Shown in pieces: positions 1 through 9,080 of a stretch of DNA of 64,000 nt. A program made the translations under genes and the position numbers. The stretch lies in assembly GCA_026417415.1 (NCBI GenBank), contig JAOADG010000008.1, positions 449,349-513,348 on the forward strand. The letters are read 5' to 3'. Position 1 is the first letter of the stretch, and each line of letters opens with the position of its first letter. Below the pieces are notes generated by a model. That model worked only from the letters and a program-made list of their open reading frames with translations, was not told the origin of the DNA and did not search any database. The DNA comes from a bacterium. Lineage in GTDB: Bacteria > Electryoneota > JAOADG01.

Positions 1-1508
1 TTGGGAAATCTCGTGCAAAGTTGATTATTGAAAACAAAAACAAAGTAACATTCCGTGATGTTGCTGGAGCAGATGAAGCAAAAGAAGAGCTTAGGGAAAT
101 TATTGAATTTCTTAAAGATCCTAAAAAATTTTCGCGTTTAGGTGGTAGAGTTCCAAAAGGGGTGTTGATGCTAGGACCACCAGGAACAGGAAAAACTTTA
201 CTCGCAAGAGCAGTTGCAGGTGAAGCAGATGTACCATTTTTCTCGATGAGTGGTGCTGATTTTGTGGAAATGTTTGTAGGTGTTGGTGCTTCAAGGGTTC
301 GTGACCTATTTGAACAAGGAAAGAAACATGCGCCCTGTATTATCTTTATAGATGAAATTGATGCAGTCGGTCGTCACCGAGGCGCTGGTCTAGGTGGAGG
401 TCATGATGAAAGAGAACAGACCTTGAATCAACTTTTGGTTGAGATGGACGGTTTTGAATCTAATGATGGGGTCATATTGATGGCGGCGACCAATCGTCCG
501 GATGTGTTAGATCCAGCGTTACTTCGTCCAGGTCGTTTTGATCGCCAGGTAGTCGTTGATAGACCTGATGTGCGGGGACGTGAAGGTATTCTTAATGTTC
601 ATACCAAAAAAGTACCATTAGCAGAAGATGTGGATTTAGAGGTACTAGCGAAAGGGACACCAGGTTTAGCTGGTGCAGAATTAGCAAACTTGGTGAATGA
701 AGCTGCACTTAATGCTGCAAGACGTGGTGCAGATAAAGTGACGATGGCTGATTTTGAAGAAGCAAAAGATAAAGTGATGATGGGAAAAGAAAGAAGAAGT
801 TTATTGATTAGTGATAAAGAAAAACGTTTGACAGCGTATCATGAAGCAGGTCATGTGTTGGTATCTTATTTTACTCCGAACAGTGATCCCGTCCACAAAG
901 TAACAATCATCCCACGTGGACGTGCACTTGGGATCACCCATTATTTACCAGTTGATGAAAAGCATAACTATTCTAAATCTTATATTGAAGGTTTATTGGT
1001 TCATTTAATGGGTGGTCGTGCTGCTGAAAAAATTGTTTTTCAAGATGTGACAACAGGTGCTGGAAATGATATTGTTCGTGCTACCGAGTTTGCAAGAAAA
1101 ATGGTTTGTGATTGGGGTATGTCAGAAGTATTAGGACCATTGGCTTATGGAAATAATGAACAAGAAATTTTTATCGGAAGAGATATGGGGAGGGTACGAA
1201 ATTATAGTGAAGAAACTGCCGTGAAAATTGATGAAGAAGTTCGACGAATTGTTCAAAATGCAGCAGATAAAGCAGAAAGCATTATCCAAGAACACATTGA
1301 TAAACTGCATGCATTAGCGAAAGCATTAATTGAACGTGAGATATTAGATGCAGAAGAAATACAAATGGTCATGTCAGGGAAACCGTTACCGCCTATTCGT
1401 AAGCTCGCGGTGACCGATCAGAATTCTTTATCTATAGAAGAAATTCAAAAGATAAAAGATAAAGTAGCCAATAAAGAACCCAATTGGGTGGAGAAACCAG
1501 CGATATGA
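1..1508 (+). CDS. ftsH: ATP-dependent zinc metalloprotease FtsH, C-terminal portion (AAA+ and M41 peptidase domains). The 5' end runs off the window: the reading frame stays open back to nt 3.
   Basis: Walker A '[18 protein letters not shown]', Walker B '[11 protein letters not shown]' and zinc-binding 'HEAGHVLV' (HEXXH) are all present. The frame is open from nt 3, so the N-terminal TM region is missing. Confidence 0.93.
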   Translation, partial: GKSRAKLIIENKNKVTFRDVAGADEAKEELREIIEFLKDPKKFSRLGGRVPKGVLMLGPPGTGKTLLARAVAGEADVPFFSMSGADFVEMFVGVGASRVRDLFEQGKKHAPCIIFIDEIDAVGRHRGAGLGGGHDEREQTLNQLLVEMDGFESNDGVILMAATNRPDVLDPALLRPGRFDRQVVVDRPDVRGREGILNVHTKKVPLAEDVDLEVLAKGTPGLAGAELANLVNEAALNAARRGADKVTMADFEEAKDKVMMGKERRSLLISDKEKRLTAYHEAGHVLVSYFTPNSDPVHKVTIIPRGRALGITHYLPVDEKHNYSKSYIEGLLVHLMGGRAAEKIVFQDVTTGAGNDIVRATEFARKMVCDWGMSEVLGPLAYGNNEQEIFIGRDMGRVRNYSEETAVKIDEEVRRIVQNAADKAESIIQEHIDKLHALAKALIEREILDAEEIQMVMSGKPLPPIRKLAVTDQNSLSIEEIQKIKDKVANKEPNWVEKPAI

Positions 1509-2236
1509 ACTTGGATAATGAACAATTACCCAATGAAGATCTTCTTCGTGAACAAATACGAAAAAAATTAGAAGAACAAAGCCAAAAAATTCAGGAGGAA
1601 TTGGAACGGTTACGTTCTAAAGATGAAAAAACTGTTGAAGCAGAAAGATATAGAAAGTTATTAGAAGAAGAGCGAGCGAGGTATTATCAATCCAAAGGAT
1701 ATGTCAAAGTTGTTGCTGAAGATGGTACTGTAGAGTGGATTCCAAAAGAACGTGCTAAGGCATTAGAAGATAGAATTGGCGAAGAAATTGATGATTTAGA
1801 AGCCGGACAAAAACGTGTATTGTGGTTTGTTGTGGGTGTGGTAATGTTGATGATTTTATTGGCACTAATTCTTTTCTTTTTATTTTGGCCAAGACCGGGA
1901 GCAATTCGTGTAGTAACCAACGTACCTAAAGCAAGTATAATTTTAAATAATGATACCACTATTTTTGTTACAGATACTGTAATTACTGATTTAGAAGCAG
2001 GAAAGCATATACTCAGCGTGTATAAAAAAGGTTACAAGATTGTTGGTGAACCTTACCGAGCCATTGATTTGAAAAGTGGTAGTGAGATTCTAATTGCTTT
2101 TGAATTAGAACCTGCTCCTGAACCGGTTAAGATCATTGAAACAAAGACCCCCACAGTTGTTGAAGAAGATACTTTTTTAACACGTATTCGGCAAAAGGCT
2201 GCAGAGATAGAAGCAAAATTAAATCAACCACAATGA
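1505..2236 (+). CDS. Membrane protein with an N-terminal E/K-rich coiled coil, one TM helix and a C-terminal PEGA-like beta-sandwich domain.
   Basis: The track ORF runs 1484..2236. The likely start is ATG 1505, overlapping the ftsH stop as ATGA. TM segment '[23 protein letters not shown]'. The segment '[10 protein letters not shown]...[22 protein letters not shown]' fits the PEGA consensus. Confidence 0.6.
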   Translation: MNLDNEQLPNEDLLREQIRKKLEEQSQKIQEELERLRSKDEKTVEAERYRKLLEEERARYYQSKGYVKVVAEDGTVEWIPKERAKALEDRIGEEIDDLEAGQKRVLWFVVGVVMLMILLALILFFLFWPRPGAIRVVTNVPKASIILNNDTTIFVTDTVITDLEAGKHILSVYKKGYKIVGEPYRAIDLKSGSEILIAFELEPAPEPVKIIETKTPTVVEEDTFLTRIRQKAAEIEAKLNQPQ

Positions 2237-2245
2237 TACTTTTCT

Positions 2246-2806
2246 ATGAGCAAAATACAAAAAGATGAGATCGTCATTGCAATTAAAAATTTACTTAAAG
2301 CTTTGCGAATTGATGAGTTACAAGAGTTTGCAAGTACACCTGAATTAGTAAGTGAATTTTATAGTGGCTTTTTAGCCTTTTTACATGAACCTCCATTAGA
2401 TTTGCCGCTTTATCCAGTCACAAATGCTCATTTAGAAAATATTGTTTTAAGAAAAATTCCTTTCTATTCTTTGTGTTCACATCATTTATTACCATTTTTC
2501 GGTACGGTATCAATTGTATATCGACCCGATAAGGATTGTGTATTGGGTTTCTCAGGAATCGTTCGTATCGTTCGATATTTTTCACAAAGGCCTACCATAC
2601 AAGAAGTGTTAGCCAATAAAATTGCGGATGATATCCTTCATCGCATTGGGAATAATACGTTAATCTATATTGAAATTAATGCTCGTCAGCTGTGCGTTGA
2701 AATGAGGGGTGTCCGAGTAGGGGGGATGGATATCTTTTGTTCTACTTCAAGAAATGCTAGTTCTGATTGGATTCAATTGGCTAAAGCGACTTTAGCAACT
2801 GTATAG
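2246..2806 (+). CDS. folE: GTP cyclohydrolase I (FolE type I).
   Basis: 'YSLCSHHLLPFFG' matches the FolE 'CEHHLVPF' zinc site with E replaced by S. The C-terminal segment 'RQLCVEMRGV' matches FolE 'HLCMMMRGV'. The 186-aa length is typical. Folate gene neighbourhood (folP). Confidence 0.78.
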   Translation: MSKIQKDEIVIAIKNLLKALRIDELQEFASTPELVSEFYSGFLAFLHEPPLDLPLYPVTNAHLENIVLRKIPFYSLCSHHLLPFFGTVSIVYRPDKDCVLGFSGIVRIVRYFSQRPTIQEVLANKIADDILHRIGNNTLIYIEINARQLCVEMRGVRVGGMDIFCSTSRNASSDWIQLAKATLATV

Positions 2807-2807
2807 A

Positions 2808-4367
2808 ATGGCTGAATTTTGGTACTATTTCATTGGATCAATACCAGGCGGATGGGTACCGATTTTTTCCATTTTACTCATCTTCATTATTGCTATTGTT
2901 TACACCAAAATACGGGATCCAAACTATCCAAAAGATGCTATTCAAAAGTATCTCTTGTATACTTTTATCGGATGGGTTTTACTTTTTGGGATTTTGCGAG
3001 TTACTTTTCCGCCTCCACCATATCCTATTCGGATAGCAGTTTACCCTCTGGAAAATTCTGATAACCAAACAGAACTTTCCTATCAGTTATCACGTGAATT
3101 GGAAGAAGCATTTGCAACAACCAATTATAGATTTTCAATTGGTGGATTTAGAAGATTAAGTTGGCAACCGAAACCATCAAAAATCGTTCCTGATTCAATT
3201 CTTGAATTACCAAAGTTACTTCAATTACACTGGGTCGTTTGTGGAGAATGGTACTCAATCGATTCGATAAAAAATCATCTTCAATTAAAAATAACTTTGA
3301 ACAAAGTAAACACGAATATTTATTACCAATTTGAACAAGAAGGTAATCCGAAAGAAGTAATTCGGAATAGTGCTAATCAAATTGCGTTTTTAACTAAAAA
3401 ACAGATTCAAGAAACAAACTTTTCTATGCTTACTCCAGAATGGAGATATGCATGTGCAAATACTTTTCAAAAGAATCTGGATACGAGTTATACAGAAAAA
3501 TTATTTAGAAAAGCAATCGCTTCTGATTCAATGAATTTGACAGGATTCGCTTGGTGGGTGGATTATTTATGTAAAACCAATCAGTACCTAAAGTATCAAG
3601 AATATCTTAAACAAAAACTTCCAATATTATTGAAAAATGCAGAAACATATCCACTTTTTTTAATTTCACTTGGTAATTTTTATCGCCTAATGGGTGAATC
3701 TGAAAAAGCCATTTCTGCCTTTTTACTGGCTAACCATTATGCGCCAACCAATCCAGAACCCCATTATTATTTGGCATTACTTAATCGTGAAGAAATTAAA
3801 ACCAGATTCCAAAAAACGGCGTTTGATCATCTAAAAAGAGCAATAGAATTGGATAAAGGATTTGAAATTGCAAGATTAAAACTACTTAGTATGTTACAAC
3901 CTACGGGAATCACTCGGGATATTGAAAATTACATTTTACCGGGTTTAGAAATTGCACCTTATTCAACGGATCTACTATTGAAATTATCTTATTTCCAATT
4001 GGAACGCTTTCCACCTAATCAAGTTATTCAAACTTTAGATCGATTGATTCGGATTGATAGTACATACGGAGATGCTTATTACAATCGTGGCATCGCTAAT
4101 TTAAGAGAGAAAGACACTATTAATGCTAAACTGGATTTTTATTCTACTATACAAAAAAAGGGTTCAGTTGAGGCCTATTATTATTTAGGGTTAATTCATG
4201 AGTATAATCAACAATGGGATTCTGCTATTTATTATTTTAATCAACGATTACGATTTGCCAAACAAGCCAAGGATCAGATCGCAACCTTACGTGCAAGAGA
4301 TAAATTGCTTCTATTATTGAGACAACACCGCTCAACAAAATTAGATGTTCCCTTAGTAGTACCATAA
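2808..4367 (+). CDS. Tetratricopeptide-repeat protein with N-terminal TM helices.
   Basis: Two N-terminal hydrophobic helices, then repeated TPR-like 34-aa units ('AYYNRGIANL...', 'AYYYLGLIHEYNQQWDSAIYYFNQ'). Confidence 0.6.
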   Translation: MAEFWYYFIGSIPGGWVPIFSILLIFIIAIVYTKIRDPNYPKDAIQKYLLYTFIGWVLLFGILRVTFPPPPYPIRIAVYPLENSDNQTELSYQLSRELEEAFATTNYRFSIGGFRRLSWQPKPSKIVPDSILELPKLLQLHWVVCGEWYSIDSIKNHLQLKITLNKVNTNIYYQFEQEGNPKEVIRNSANQIAFLTKKQIQETNFSMLTPEWRYACANTFQKNLDTSYTEKLFRKAIASDSMNLTGFAWWVDYLCKTNQYLKYQEYLKQKLPILLKNAETYPLFLISLGNFYRLMGESEKAISAFLLANHYAPTNPEPHYYLALLNREEIKTRFQKTAFDHLKRAIELDKGFEIARLKLLSMLQPTGITRDIENYILPGLEIAPYSTDLLLKLSYFQLERFPPNQVIQTLDRLIRIDSTYGDAYYNRGIANLREKDTINAKLDFYSTIQKKGSVEAYYYLGLIHEYNQQWDSAIYYFNQRLRFAKQAKDQIATLRARDKLLLLLRQHRSTKLDVPLVVP

Positions 4368-4370
4368 ATT

Positions 4371-5171
4371 ATGAGCAAGCCAAAAGTAATGGGCATTTTA
4401 AACGTAACACCGGATAGTTTTTCAGACGGTGGCAGATATTATTCTTTAGAACTGGCTTGTAAACATGCTGAAAAAATGTTAAAAGAAGGAGCTGACTGGA
4501 TTGATATTGGTGGTGAATCGACCAGGCCTGGTGCAGAAGAGATTTCTTTACAAGAAGAACAAAGAAGAATTCTACCTGTCATTCAAGAGTTAATCCATAG
4601 ATTTCCCAGTATTCAAATATCCGTAGATACAAAAAATTCGGATACAGCCAAAAAAGCGATTCAACTTGGTGCAAAGATGGTAAATGATGTAACTGCGGGT
4701 AGATATGATGAAACAATGTTTCAAGTGATTGCAGAATCAAATGTTTATTACGTAATGATGCATAGCCGTGGTGATTCCAAGACGATGATGAATTTTACTC
4801 ATTACAACAACCTTATCCATGATATTTATACAGAATTGATGAGTAGGGTAAAAAAGGCGATAAGTGCAGGAGTCCATCAAAATCAAATCATAGTAGATCC
4901 GGGAATTGGATTTGCAAAAACCTCACAACAAAATTTAATTATTCTTAAGAACTTAAATGAGTTGAAAAAATGGAATTATCCTATTTTGATTGGGGCTTCT
5001 AGAAAAAGTTTTATTGGTGCTATAGACCAATCATCCCCTCAAGATAGATTAGGTGGTTCTATAGCTGTAGCAAGTATTTGTGCTTACTTTAGAGTTGATT
5101 ATATTCGTGTACATGATGTCAAAGAGACAGTACAAGCAATACAAGTTGTGCATTCCATTTTTTCATCTTAA
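4371..5171 (+). CDS. folP: Dihydropteroate synthase.
   Basis: 'MGILNVTPDSFSDGG' and 'DIGGESTRPGA' are signature FolP motifs. The conserved ftsH...folP linkage is preserved. Confidence 0.93.
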   Translation: MSKPKVMGILNVTPDSFSDGGRYYSLELACKHAEKMLKEGADWIDIGGESTRPGAEEISLQEEQRRILPVIQELIHRFPSIQISVDTKNSDTAKKAIQLGAKMVNDVTAGRYDETMFQVIAESNVYYVMMHSRGDSKTMMNFTHYNNLIHDIYTELMSRVKKAISAGVHQNQIIVDPGIGFAKTSQQNLIILKNLNELKKWNYPILIGASRKSFIGAIDQSSPQDRLGGSIAVASICAYFRVDYIRVHDVKETVQAIQVVHSIFSS

Positions 5172-5209
5172 AAAATTAAGTAGTAGCAATATGAAGAGGG
5201 TGGTACGGT

Positions 5210-5671
5210 TTGTCTGATATCGGTCACAATTTTCATTCTATTATCATCCGCGATGCTGTGGTGCAAGATATTGAAACAATTCTTGCGATTGAACGTGATT
5301 CTTATGTAGATCCTTGGGGTGAAGAATCATTTCGCTATTTAATGTTTCAAAAAAATGGGATTGCTATCGTTGCAGCGCAACAATTTCCTATAGGATATGC
5401 ATTTGGTAGGGTAACCTTAGATGAAGGTGAACTATTAAACCTTGCAGTTTCTAAACCCTATAGAAAAAGAAATTTAGGTAGAGCCATTCTGAATGAATTT
5501 CTAAATCGTTGTTGGAAATTAGGTGCGAATAAAGTTTATTTAGAAGTACGTGTGAAAAATACTGCTGCTATTCAACTATATAGATCAGCAGGATTCATTA
5601 TTGAAGGTCGCAGAAATAAGTATTATCAAGATGGTGAAGACGCATTTATTATGAAATTAATTAAACAATAG
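5210..5671 (+). CDS. rimI: GNAT-family N-acetyltransferase, RimI-like.
   Basis: 153 aa with an acetyl-CoA binding motif 'RKRNLGRAILNEFL'. TTG start with RBS 'AGAGGGTGG'. Confidence 0.6.
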   Translation: MSDIGHNFHSIIIRDAVVQDIETILAIERDSYVDPWGEESFRYLMFQKNGIAIVAAQQFPIGYAFGRVTLDEGELLNLAVSKPYRKRNLGRAILNEFLNRCWKLGANKVYLEVRVKNTAAIQLYRSAGFIIEGRRNKYYQDGEDAFIMKLIKQ

Positions 5672-5683
5672 AAGGAAATAATT

Positions 5684-6526
5684 ATGGCTTGGTTTAAAAG
5701 AGAAGAAAAAGGAATTTCAGAAGAAACACAAAAACGTGATACTCCAGATGGACTTTGGATAAAATGCGAGGGTTGTAATGAAATCCTTTTTAAAAAATCT
5801 ACAGTAGAAAACAATTATGTTTGTCCTAAATGCGATTACCATTTTCGTCCACCTGCAACATTGTATTTTCAATTACTCTCACCTGATGCAGAACCTGAAG
5901 AATTGGATTTTCGTGTTAGACCAATGGATCCATTAGGTTTTGTGGATACAAAAAAGTACTCTGAAAGAATTGAATCTTTGAAGAAAAAACTAAACTTGGA
6001 TGATACCCTGCGAGTAGCCAAAGGAAAATTGGATAAGTATAACATAATGATTGGTGCAATGGATTTTGAGTACATGGGTGGGTCCTTAGGAAGCGTAACA
6101 GGTGAAATTTTTGCTCGTGCTTGTCAGATTTGCCTCGAAGAGAATAGGCCTTTGATTACAATTGCTTGTAGTGGTGGTGCGAGAATGCAAGAAGGTGCAT
6201 TATCCTTGATGCAATTAGCAAAAATGAGTGCTTGGTTAACGAAGTTGGCAGATGCAAAAATTCCATTTATAAGCATTTTAACAAATCCTACTACGGGGGG
6301 AACCAGTGCTAGTTTTGCGATGTTAGGTGATGTCATTCTTGCTGAACCAGGAGCAGTGATTGGATTTGCAGGTGCTCGAGTGATTAAGCAAACCATTGGA
6401 CAGGATTTACCCCCAGGATTTCAAAGAAGTGAATTTCTTTTAGAGCATGGGTTTGTGGATCGTGTTGTTCATAGAAAAGATTTAGCTACAGTAACGAAAA
6501 GAGTTCTTAGAGGATTGATTGGTTAA
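5684..6526 (+). CDS. accD: Acetyl-CoA carboxylase carboxyltransferase beta subunit.
   Basis: N-terminal C4 zinc finger 'CEGCNEILFKK...CPKCDYHF' followed by the carboxyltransferase domain 'GGSLGSV...GGARMQEG'. Confidence 0.93.
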   Translation: MAWFKREEKGISEETQKRDTPDGLWIKCEGCNEILFKKSTVENNYVCPKCDYHFRPPATLYFQLLSPDAEPEELDFRVRPMDPLGFVDTKKYSERIESLKKKLNLDDTLRVAKGKLDKYNIMIGAMDFEYMGGSLGSVTGEIFARACQICLEENRPLITIACSGGARMQEGALSLMQLAKMSAWLTKLADAKIPFISILTNPTTGGTSASFAMLGDVILAEPGAVIGFAGARVIKQTIGQDLPPGFQRSEFLLEHGFVDRVVHRKDLATVTKRVLRGLIG

Positions 6527-6568
6527 TAAAAGCATTCTTTAGATATTCTTTAGGGAATTTTGGAAATA

Positions 6569-6596
6569 AAAAACGGGTATCATAATACCCGTTTTC
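6569..6596. terminator. Bidirectional rho-independent terminator shared by accD (+) and tRNA-Lys (-).
   Basis: Hairpin AACGGGTAT-CATA-ATACCCGTT, flanked by AAAAA on one side and TTTT on the other. Confidence 0.7.
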
Positions 6597-6598
6597 TG

Positions 6599-6672
6599 TG
6601 AGGGAGCCGGGATTCGAACCCGGGACCCACGGCTTAAAAGGCCGGTGCTCTACCTGGCTGAGCTACTCCCCC
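6599..6672 (-). tRNA. tRNA-Lys (anticodon TTT).
   Basis: The reverse complement reads GGGGGAGTAGCTCAGCCAGGTAGAGCACCGGCCTTTTAAGCCGTGGGTCCCGGGTTCGAATCCCGGCTCCCTCA. It has a 7-bp acceptor stem, anticodon loop CTTTTAA and T-loop GGTTCGAATCC. No CCA is encoded. Confidence 0.9.
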
Positions 6673-6748
6673 TTTAGAAAATGCTTATCAATTTTTCAGC
6701 CAAGCAATATATTGAAAACTTCTATCAATTTGCAACTTTGTTTGATTC

Positions 6749-6777
6749 TTGACATTTTCCTATTTCCTTCGTATATT
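6749..6777 (+). promoter_or_regulatory. Candidate sigma70-type promoter, followed by a leader of about 140 nt upstream of the lipoprotein gene.
   Basis: TTGACA at 6749-6754, a 17-nt spacer, then TATATT at 6772-6777. RBS 'AAAGGAAAGGAATAAACT' lies before ATG 6916. Confidence 0.45.
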
Positions 6778-6915
6778 ATTGTGCCAAGTGATGAGAGCCA
6801 AACGCGCTACTTTGGAGCTTGGTCGGAAATGTTCCCCGTTGTGGACAAATTAAAAATATCGTCAAATCTATCCACGGAAGATTGATGTAGGTTCTTAAAA
6901 GGAAAGGAATAAACT

Positions 6916-7467
6916 ATGAAAGTTCTATTCGGTATTTTAGTATTTGCGTTAGCACTTTTAATTGGATGTGCTACTCCTGAACAGAAAGCCCAAAAGCTCT
7001 TTGACCAAGGCAAGTATCAAGAAGTGTTGGATAAATATGGAACGCTTCCAATTGCAGCTGAAGCCAAGGCAAAGATCGCTGAAGGTCTTTTCAATGAAGG
7101 AAAGTATGAAGAAGTTATTGCGAATTATGGTGATACCCAATGGGCAGCACAAGCAAAGAATAAAATTGCAGACAAATTGCTCAGTGAAGGTAAACTTGAT
7201 GAAGTGATTGCGAAGTATCCAGATTCACCAGCTGCTAAGCAAGCCAAGGAAAACAAAGCCAAGACAGAATACGAAGCACTACTGAAAGAAAAAGATAAGA
7301 AGAAAAAAGAAGCTGGAATGTTAGAGATTATGAACAAGTATCCTGGTACCCAAACTGCTGAAATGATTAAAGCAGAAATGGAAAAGAAGAATCAACCAAA
7401 AGCTCCAGCAAAGCAAGCCGCCCCCAAAGCTGCGAAACCAGCTGGTAAGAAAATGGAAAAGAAATAA
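6916..7467 (+). CDS. Repeat-containing lipoprotein.
   Basis: Signal peptide with lipobox 'LLIGC'. Three repeats of about 28 aa of the form 'EGKYEEVIxxYGxxxxAAxAKxKIA'. Lys-rich tail. Confidence 0.7.
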   Translation: MKVLFGILVFALALLIGCATPEQKAQKLFDQGKYQEVLDKYGTLPIAAEAKAKIAEGLFNEGKYEEVIANYGDTQWAAQAKNKIADKLLSEGKLDEVIAKYPDSPAAKQAKENKAKTEYEALLKEKDKKKKEAGMLEIMNKYPGTQTAEMIKAEMEKKNQPKAPAKQAAPKAAKPAGKKMEKK

Positions 7468-7523
7468 AACCATAATGGTTTTTCAACAACCAACCCCTCC
7501 TTATGGAGGGGTTGGCTGTTTTT
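7466..7523 (+). terminator. Tandem rho-independent terminators.
   Basis: AAACCAT-AA-TGGTTTTT, then the GC-rich hairpin CCAACCCCTCC-TTAT-GGAGGGGTTGG followed by CTGTTTTT. Confidence 0.8.
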
Positions 7524-7597
7524 GAACTGTTATTAATTCAATTTGATAATTCCATTTTAAGATAGAATTCGTATTATACTTAATAATACAGTTCATT

Positions 7598-9076
7598 TTG
7601 AGGATGACAATGGTAGATTTTGATAGTAAGTTTAACGTTGACAAGCAAAATGTACCACAAGAAGTAAAAAAGAATAAAAATTTTGTAAGAAAAAATAAAT
7701 ACTACGATAATCCGAAAAATTTTTCAACCACCTACTTTGGTAAACTTATTACTGGCTTAGATGGTGCAAATGCTTATCAGTACTCAAGGACGGGTGCTTT
7801 TGGAGTTGTGATAAAAACCGATTCGTCCGATCCCCCAAGTGATCTTTTGGTTGCTTTTCCCAGCCCTTATTACTTAGAAACAAGTTGGGTCAATAGAAAA
7901 CGTTTTCGTTTTGCAACCAAAGAAGAAATTGAAAAAATCATTCATGCATCTTCAGAAAATCCATCCAATTTTAAAACTGGCGATTTAGTTGAAACGACAG
8001 ATGGTTGGGAAGTAGATACTCGTAGAGGTACTTATTATATCCCAACGGGAATTATCGGTGTTATTGATCATGAAGATGATCCCATTAACCCAAGAGTTGA
8101 GGTTGAGTTTGGAAAGAAAGTAATTTACACGAAACAATATGTAATTTTACCTGATGGTAGAAAAATTTCTAATTTTCAATTGGTCAATGCTGCGACCAGT
8201 CGTAGAATGGTCTCTGTAATCTTACAAGATTATAATTTACGTGTAGATTTACCAGAAGATATTCTAATTCATAGATTACCTAATCCTGAAGCGTTAAAAA
8301 AAGTTGTAGCAAGTCCAAAAATCAAAGAAAAATTACTGGAAGGGACAAAATTATTAGACCCAGAGTTTCGTAAAGAATTAGAAGAAGAATGGAATCTGAA
8401 AAGTTTTTCTTATGGTCGTGGTTTTATTGCTTTAATATACGGAAAGCCGGGAACGGGCAAAACGACCCTGGTTCGTGCCTTAGCAGATCAAATCGGAAGA
8501 CCCATTTTTCGAATTGAAGGTAGTGATTTAGGTACAGATCCAGAAGAGTTTACTTCTTTGCTTGATCGTGCAATGCGCAGAGCACTGCGATTAAATGCAA
8601 TCCTACTAATAGAAGAAGCAGATCAAATTTTACAGCGTAGAACTCTAAATATGTACCCTTCAGTGCTTGCTAAAATAAGTGAAGTTTTACAAAAGATAGA
8701 AAATTTTGAGGGTGTACTATTATTAACTTCTAATCGAGCATTTACGTTGGATGATGCTGCACGTTCTAGGTTGAATCTAATCTATGAAATGCCTCCATTG
8801 ACTGCTGATTTAAGAGAATCAATATTATTGACTTCTTTACCAAAAGAGTTACCAATTGAAGGGGTATTGCCGATTGCACAAATTGCTGCTTTAGATTTAG
8901 ATGGACGTGCGATTAAAATGGCCATTCTAAATGCTGCAAGGCGTGCGAAAGCAAATGGGAAAAGTAAATTACCCGCTCAGTATATTTATGAAGAGGCAAA
9001 GTTGTTGCTTGAAGGATTAGAAGGGTTGCGAGATAGTGTACGAGAAGCAAATTTTTTCTTAGAAGAAGAAGAATAA
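7598..9076 (+). CDS. AAA+ family ATPase with an unrecognised N-terminal domain of about 270 aa.
   Basis: Walker A 'YGKPGTGKTTLVRALA', Walker B 'ILLIEEAD', sensor/arginine segment 'DDAARSRL'. The N-terminal 270 aa have no motif I recognise. Alternative start at ATG 7610, preceded by GAGGATGA. Confidence 0.75.
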   Translation: MRMTMVDFDSKFNVDKQNVPQEVKKNKNFVRKNKYYDNPKNFSTTYFGKLITGLDGANAYQYSRTGAFGVVIKTDSSDPPSDLLVAFPSPYYLETSWVNRKRFRFATKEEIEKIIHASSENPSNFKTGDLVETTDGWEVDTRRGTYYIPTGIIGVIDHEDDPINPRVEVEFGKKVIYTKQYVILPDGRKISNFQLVNAATSRRMVSVILQDYNLRVDLPEDILIHRLPNPEALKKVVASPKIKEKLLEGTKLLDPEFRKELEEEWNLKSFSYGRGFIALIYGKPGTGKTTLVRALADQIGRPIFRIEGSDLGTDPEEFTSLLDRAMRRALRLNAILLIEEADQILQRRTLNMYPSVLAKISEVLQKIENFEGVLLLTSNRAFTLDDAARSRLNLIYEMPPLTADLRESILLTSLPKELPIEGVLPIAQIAALDLDGRAIKMAILNAARRAKANGKSKLPAQYIYEEAKLLLEGLEGLRDSVREANFFLEEEE

Positions 9077-9080
9077 AGGT

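Noticed and set aside
1687-1959. 90-aa antisense ORF inside the PEGA-protein gene. Similar short antisense ORFs occur inside the giant genes (for example 43228..43452, 51394..51796, 53363..53557).
   Set aside because: They are fully nested antisense to strongly supported CDSs, with low-complexity translations. These are typical six-frame noise.
7571-7589. AT-rich inverted repeat GTATTAT-ACTTA-ATAATAC upstream of the AAA ATPase gene, considered as an operator.
   Set aside because: A 7-bp all-A/T palindrome in an AT-rich genome is expected by chance. No partner regulator gene lies nearby.
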